Of a stretch of 64,000 bases of DNA, positions 1 through 64,000 are shown piece after piece (positions within the stretch are counted from its first letter, which is position 1; each line of letters opens with the position of its first letter). Position numbers and translations under genes: made by a program. Source of the DNA: Lama guanicoe (Eukaryota); contig MU053561.1 in NCBI GenBank assembly GCA_013239625.1, positions 1,721,818 to 1,785,817 of the forward strand, read 5' to 3'. The notes below the pieces were generated by a model. The model made no database searches and was not told the DNA's origin. It saw only the letters and a program-made list of their open reading frames with translations.

Positions 1-37
1 CTGATTCAGCTTCTGTCGGGTTATTAGATTCTTTGGG

Positions 38-200
38 TTTTCTTTTTATTTATTTATTTATTATTTATTTATTTATTTATTTATTATTGTAATTGAAGTG
101 TATGTAGTCAGTTACAATGTGTCGATTACTGGTGTATATAGATATATTCATTTTCATATTTTTTTCATTAAAGATTATTACAGAATATTGAATATAGTTA
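38..200 (-). mobile_element. 5'-truncated L1 3' end with (TTTA)n tail
   Basis: (ttta)n run followed by attgaagt...tagtcagttacaatg...aatattgaatatagtt, the same L1 3'UTR seen in other copies in this window. Confidence 0.7.
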
Positions 201-904
201 TTTTTGAATAGATTTAATACTTTCTATTTCTGTAGGAATTTACCATTTCACCTGTTTTCAAGTTATTGGCATAAAGTTGATTACAATATGCTTTTGCCTC
301 TTTGTGTCACATCTACCTTTATTCCTTTTGATACCTTATATTTTTAATCTGTGATTTCTCTACATTTTTCTGGACTAATCTCACCAACGGTTTGCCAGTT
401 TTGTTGATTTTTATAAAAATCAGCTGTTGCCCTTGATTCTTCCTCCTTTTTATTTTTGATTATATTCTCATCTCTATTATCTTTTTTATTTCCCCTTTGA
501 ATTTCTTTGGATTAATCTGATGTTCTTTATCTAATTTAAATTAGAAATTTATCCCAGGATTTTGAGTTGTTGTTTGTTGCTTTCTAAGCACTGAAGGCAA
601 AATCTCTATGTACCACCAAGCAGCACCACAAAATATCTGGTTGATAGATTTTTATCGTTCATTTCTAATTTCCATAATGTTTTCTTATTTGACCCATTGA
701 CTGCATAGAAATGTGAGTTTTAATTTTAAACATTTGGCTGTGAGTTACATTTTTGTTGTGGTTTATAATGTCAAGATCCAGTGGTCAGATAACATGTTCT
801 ATAGAATACTGATGCTGTGAAATGTGTTGATCTACTTTATTGCTTAACATGTGGTTAGTTTTTATAAATACTCCAAGTTTGCATGATAAGAGAGTATTGA
901 TATG

Positions 905-1535
905 CAGATATTGAAAAAACTTGCATCCCTGAGATGAATCCCGTTTGATCATGGTGTATAATCCTTTTAATGCATTGTTGGAGTCAATTTGCTAGTATTT
1001 TGTTGAGGATTTTTGCATCTATATTTATAAGTGATATTGGCCTGTAATTTTCTTTTTTTGTGACATCTTTGTCTGGTTTTTGGTATCAGAGTGATTATGT
1101 CCTCATAGAATGAGTTTGGAAGTGTTCCTTCCTCTGCAATTTTTTGGAATCATTTCAGAAGGATAGGTGTACGCTTCCCAAGAGAATGAAGTCTTTGTTT
1201 CCTCCAGTCCTGTGAGACTCCTGCAATTAAGCCCCACTTGCCTTCAAAACCAGATGTCCTGGGGTCTTCTCCTCCCAGTGCTGGAACCCCAGGCTGGGGA
1301 GCCTGATATGGGGCTTAGAACTCTCACTCCTGTGGGAGGGCCTCCGCAACTGAATTATTCTTCAGCTTGTGAGTCGCCCACCTTGGGGGTACGGGCTGAT
1401 TATATTGTGAGCATGCCCCTCCTACCGTCCCGCTGTGGTTCCCTCTTTGTTTCCAGTTGAAGATTTTTTTTTTTGCTAGGTTCTAGTCTTTTTTTCGATG
1501 GTTGTTTAGCAGTCATTTGTGGTTTCATTGTAGTC
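905..1535 (-). mobile_element. L1 fragment: ORF2 piece (905..1166) fused to L1 5'UTR-like piece (1167..1535)
   Basis: ttgctagtattttgttgaggatttttgcatct is canonical antisense ORF2; ccccaggctggggagcctgatatggggcttagaactctcactcctgtggga resembles laurasiatherian L1 5'UTR. Confidence 0.7.
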
Positions 1536-3656
1536 ACCTCTGTTATTGTGGTCTTAAGACTTTAGTTCTATCTTCATGTTTTTACCCCACAAATTTGTAT
1601 CATTTTTGTTTTTATATCTAGTGTTTGTGTGAATTAACATATGCTTACTATTTTATTTTCCCTTCTTCCTAAAGTAAAGGCTTTAAGAATTCCTATAGTG
1701 AGGATCTTTGGTCTTAAAATCAGGTTTGTTTATTGAAAGTGTCTGCATTTTAACCTTGTTCTTGAAGGATAATTTTGCTCAGGATATAATCCTTGATTGA
1801 CAAGTGAATTCTTCTCAGCACATTGGAAAAATTATTCCATTGTCTTTTGAATGCCTTTGAAGTTACTAAGATGTAAACATCATTCTTAATGAGAAGTGTA
1901 ACAAACATGCTCTGTAAAATTTGAAACAAAACAGATAACCACTATCGCCAATTCTAAGCAACATTTAATGAAGATCTAAGTCTGCAAAATAAATTGATTA
2001 AAGTACCTTAAAAGTGTAAGAACTGAAAAGGAAGAGAAGAAAATGTCATTATTGACAGCTTAGGTTGTTATTTACAGAGGAAAATCCCAAATGATCTATA
2101 GAAAAATGTGAATTAATGGGAGAAATTACCTGGAGATTTTATCTTTTAATTGCACATTTGTGCATCACAAGAAATTACTAGAAAATTTAATGTTATAAAA
2201 GAAAAAGATACTTTGACAACAGAAACAAAAACTATAGGGTACCCCAAAATGCCAAACCCTAAGGTTTGTTATTTACATCAACACTTTTCACCAAAGGAAA
2301 ACTGTGCCTTTTCAAGGAAAACTTTGATAAAAAATGTTACACATGCTTTGCTTCAGATATCCCAAATTAAGTAATAAAACCCAACATGTTGATTTGTTAC
2401 CTACATTTTAACTTAATAAGTTCGATACATCGCTTATAGCTACAATTTTTCTCTCCCAGGAACCTATTTCATCATATCAATGATGTTTATAATCTTCTCC
2501 CCAAATGTGTAAAATATATCACTTAGAGATGTATCAGTGTTACACTAACATTACTGATAACATTGACACTTACGTATGATTTTTGTGACCTAGTTCTCCA
2601 GGTTGGTTGTGGGTTCAAATATCAGAACTGTGTGTGTAGCACAATAGGCTTTAATCCCATCCTGTGTTTTACTCAGCTTTAGGAAAGACTACAGGGAAGG
2701 AAGTATAGTGTGACCAGCATCTTCATCTCACCCAGGGGCTCAGTGGCCACCCCGGCGCACCACTTCTTTTCCTTTCCCCACTCACACTGGTTGTATACGC
2801 CTGCTGAAACGGGACACACACCCAGGGAAGCCACAGCCTCACTTTCCTACCAAGAGCTACAGGCCAGCTCTCAGCTGCCTCAGTAAGTTGCAGGCCCACA
2901 GATTGGAGGTTTCAGAGCACATATGGCAGTCAGCACGTTCCACCTCTATCTTAACTGGAGTTTCCAAAACAAACAAAGAAACAATACCGTCAGAAGTTGG
3001 ACTACAAGGTCATTTCCCAAGGCCCTGTTGCTAAGCCTTTGCTCACACACACAGCAGCTTCCATAGTGTAGTACATGCTTTTGCGGAGGGTAAGGATACT
3101 TCACAAGGAAAGCCATTTAGAATTAGTGGATTTCTAGGGGCTGGCTAGCAGGGACGAATGGGGGTGATAGTAGGGCAGAAGAATGAAGGATAGATTATCT
3201 ATGACCTTTTTTCAGTCCTCGTAAGTTAATTCTCTTTTCAGGTTTTCTACTTCTTCAATTACTTTTGGTAATTTGTATTTTTCTGTGGGATCATGCATGA
3301 CATCTAGATTTTCCAGTCTATTAGAATAAAATTAAACAGTGTTCTCATAACGTATGTCCATTTCTGAGAGAGACGTGTTCATGTCTGTCTTTATGAGTAT
3401 AACTTTGTCTGTTTCTCCTTCCTGTCAGTTCTGCATGTGTACTGAGTATGTATATGTGTATGCATGAATTTATTTTTGAATCTATTTTTAGAAGCATCCT
3501 TCATAAAGGATTGTAACTTATCAACATGATAAAGATGTCTGTGTTCCCTTTAATGCTTTTCACCTTGAATTTAACCATATTTGATACTAATATTGGAAAT
3601 TCTCTTTTATATAACAATTTACTAATATACCTTTCTCAATAATTTTGCATGTCATC

Positions 3657-3842
3657 TAGGAATGGCATTTCACTACATTAATGGAAAACTGACTTCAATG
3701 GTTAGACTAAAAAGGGTATTATTTTTCTCCTGTAGCAAAAAAAAAAAAAATCCGTAGTTGGGCAATGTCTCAGGGATAGTGCAGCTACTCAAAAAAGATA
3801 TCAAGGACCCAGATGACTTCTGGCTACCTCATCAGCCATCTG
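3657..3842. mobile_element. MLT1-type (ERVL-MaLR) LTR fragment
   Basis: Motifs cagctactcaaaaaagatatcaaggacccag...cagccatc resemble MLT1J/K; diverged. Confidence 0.45.
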
Positions 3843-4689
3843 TCACCTTTTTATTTTTCTGCATCAATTTGATTTTTAGATACCTCTCTTTTAAATATCA
3901 GCTTGAATTTTTTCAGCTACTCTGAGACCTTCTGTCTTTTAAAATATTTTAATAATAATTAATAACAGTATTAAAGAATTTTACATTTTAAATTATCTAA
4001 TCTGTTCACTATAGTTTTTATTGGTAATATGTTTGGCCTCATTCTTACCATTAATTTTATATAAAGTTATTTTTACTTCAGGATTAATCCCTTTCCTTCC
4101 TTTTGTTAGATTCGATCTCCTTAGTTTATTCTTAGCATAGGAAATGAGTTTTTTAAAAGTCATACATTGTATTTATAGTCTTCTAGAGGTTATACTTAAC
4201 CCTTTTAAATCACGTATTTAAACACTTTTTATCTAATAGCTGGAGTTAATGAATATTATTTCACAGAAAGTGTTAAAATCTTTGACATATTTTCCCTTAA
4301 TCTCAACAAATCCCCTGCCTCTCATTTAGAAATTGCCTAGAAATCTTTATTTCCAATTGTAAATAATATTCTTTAATCACAAATAAATAGCATAAATAGG
4401 TATCTACATTTAATTGTAGATTTTTCTGTGTTTTGTGGTCAACTCTTTTACTTATATCCCATGTTGTCTTTCTTGGATTTTAAAAAAAATGCAGCTGGAA
4501 AGCTGGAATACATTTGTGAGTAATTCTTTAAGAAAGTATCTGTGGGTGGCAAATTTCCTGAACTGTTGGATGCTGAAATGTTCTTTATTTTGTCATCTCA
4601 TTCAAGGTATACATATCTGTGTTCCCTCATCACAGATCAGTAGTAAGGATTCTGGGTTTTATTTGAAATGCAGATTTATTGAAAGGTCC

Positions 4690-5125
4690 TGAGCATAAGA
4701 GAGACATGGTCTGATTTAAGGATGAAAGGGACCTCCCTAGTTGCTCTGTTGAAAACAGACTGCAGGGGGACAAAGGTAGGAACCAGGAGACCAGTTGCGA
4801 GGCTCTGGCAGCCATCCTAGTAAGAGGTGGTGGTGGCTCAGACAAGGACAATAACAGTAAAGGAAGTGAGAAGTGATCAGATTTTGAATATACTTTAAAT
4901 ATATGTTTTTAAAAAATCATTTTGATTTCCTGACAAATTGAAAGAGGAACCTAAGAAAATAAGAGTAGCCAAAGATAACTTCAGGGCATTGGACCTGTTC
5001 AGCTTGACCTGATGATAAGTGTAGACGTGCCATCAGCTGAGACTCCAGACCGCTTTGATGGGTGCAATTTAGAGTGGAAGATCAGGAGTTCATTTGGGGA
5101 CATACTGAGTTTAAGATGTCTTTTA
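4690..5125 (-). mobile_element. L2 fragment
   Basis: gacatggtctgattt..., gagaagtgatcagattttgaatatacttt, gatcaggagttcatttggggacatactgagtttaagatgtc are L2 antisense motifs. Confidence 0.7.
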
Positions 5126-5891
5126 CCTTTCGAATAATGTGTACCCATAATTCATAGTCTACAATTTGCAGTTTATTTCTTTAAAAGGAATCAAGAATTA
5201 AAGGAAATTGTGAAGCAACTTGAGTATAGAATTCATCTAGCTTAATTTTTTTTCAAAACTTAATTCTTGCTTTCATACAGTCTGAAAATTATTCTGTATT
5301 GTCAAATCTTAAATTGTAAAACCTACGTGTTGTAAGTGTACGTAACATTTAAAAAACAATTACAATAATCAATATAAATAGAATAAATGATTTGGGGAAC
5401 AAATATTACTAAATCCTGTGTACATAGATGTACAAGCTGCTTAGGGCTTAGTATTTAGGACATGGGTGTTCACAAGGCCAGTAAGTTTTTTAGCAAGACA
5501 GAGTGTTTCAGCTAATCCCGTGACTCAGTTAGCTAGCAGTCAATATTAAGAGAGTTCCTGTTGTGTTATGAAATTGCTCTTAAAAGAGATTGTACCATAT
5601 TACTCTCCAGTTAACAATGTTAAGGGTGACTGTTTCTCCAAGCTGTCATCAACTCTTGGTATTATCAAATATTTTAACCCTTGGTCTGGGTAGAAATAAT
5701 CTAATTTTTAATTTTACATGTCTTGAACATTTTTCATATGTTCATCGGCTCTTTGTATATGACTTCTTTGTACAAAATATATCTAGGATATATCTGAGTC
5801 TATTACATTTGTTTTACAGGCAATTTAGGATCAGTTCATTTTTGAAAAGTTCATTTGCACAATCAGTATCTTAAACATTTGTTGACTTTAA

Positions 5892-63484
<57,593 letters not shown>

Positions 63485-64000
63485 GTAATGCTCTCCTGAA
63501 GCATACACATAAGCATGTGAAAAGGCCCAGTTTTGTGGAATCATAGAATTTTAGAATGGGATACATTGAAAGATCCTATTGTCCCGGCTCCCTGCTGTTC
63601 TTTAAACCTCTGCTGTGTTTCTGCCCGGGGGTCCTTCATCTTTTGTGCAGTGATGTTATTAGCCTTTGGTGAAGCCCATTTGACCATTAGGTAGATCTTC
63701 TCTCTCTCCTAAGCAAGGAAGCTCTCAGGAAGTCTCCGTGCTTTTGTAATTCGAATAGACTAAGAAATGTTCTCGAACTTAATGAAGAGCAAAGTCATGA
63801 ATATTCAAGGATTCTTATAATGCATCTTATAATGATGAACGCGCTGTAAGCATTATGTGCTTTGGTTTCCTTTCAGTCCGAGCTGAGTCTTCCAACCCCA
63901 GCTCTCTCGCCGTAAAGAAAGGAAACCAGATATATTTATTGAGTGTATAGTAGGACAGATGGCACTATTGTACACATTTGTGTGGCTCCTCTCCAGAATG

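Overview
Mammalian genomic DNA, most likely a camelid (alpaca/camel), judged from two vic-1-type tRNA-derived SINEs. The whole window lies inside SPAG17 (sperm-associated antigen 17, the PF6-like central-pair projection protein) on the + strand. I traced 22 consecutive internal coding exons (5936..63484). All have AG/GT boundaries and mutually consistent phases, and they join into 3129 nt with no stop. The gene start and end lie outside the window. The introns are mostly old and young L1s, L2, MIR, hAT/Tigger DNA-transposon fossils and solo LTRs. There is one 60-N assembly gap that looks false. No prokaryote-type system (CRISPR, operon, etc.) is present, and most ORF-track entries are exon read-throughs or noise. 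The most unusual object is a full-length ~2.7 kb Tigger/pogo transposon with MER2-type ends and TA target sites (19087..21797). Its transposase core has become strongly GC- and CpG-rich, keeps a 327-codon stop-free frame and has lost all three catalytic Asp residues. Repeat family names and human SPAG17 comparisons are from remembered sequences, not from a search.
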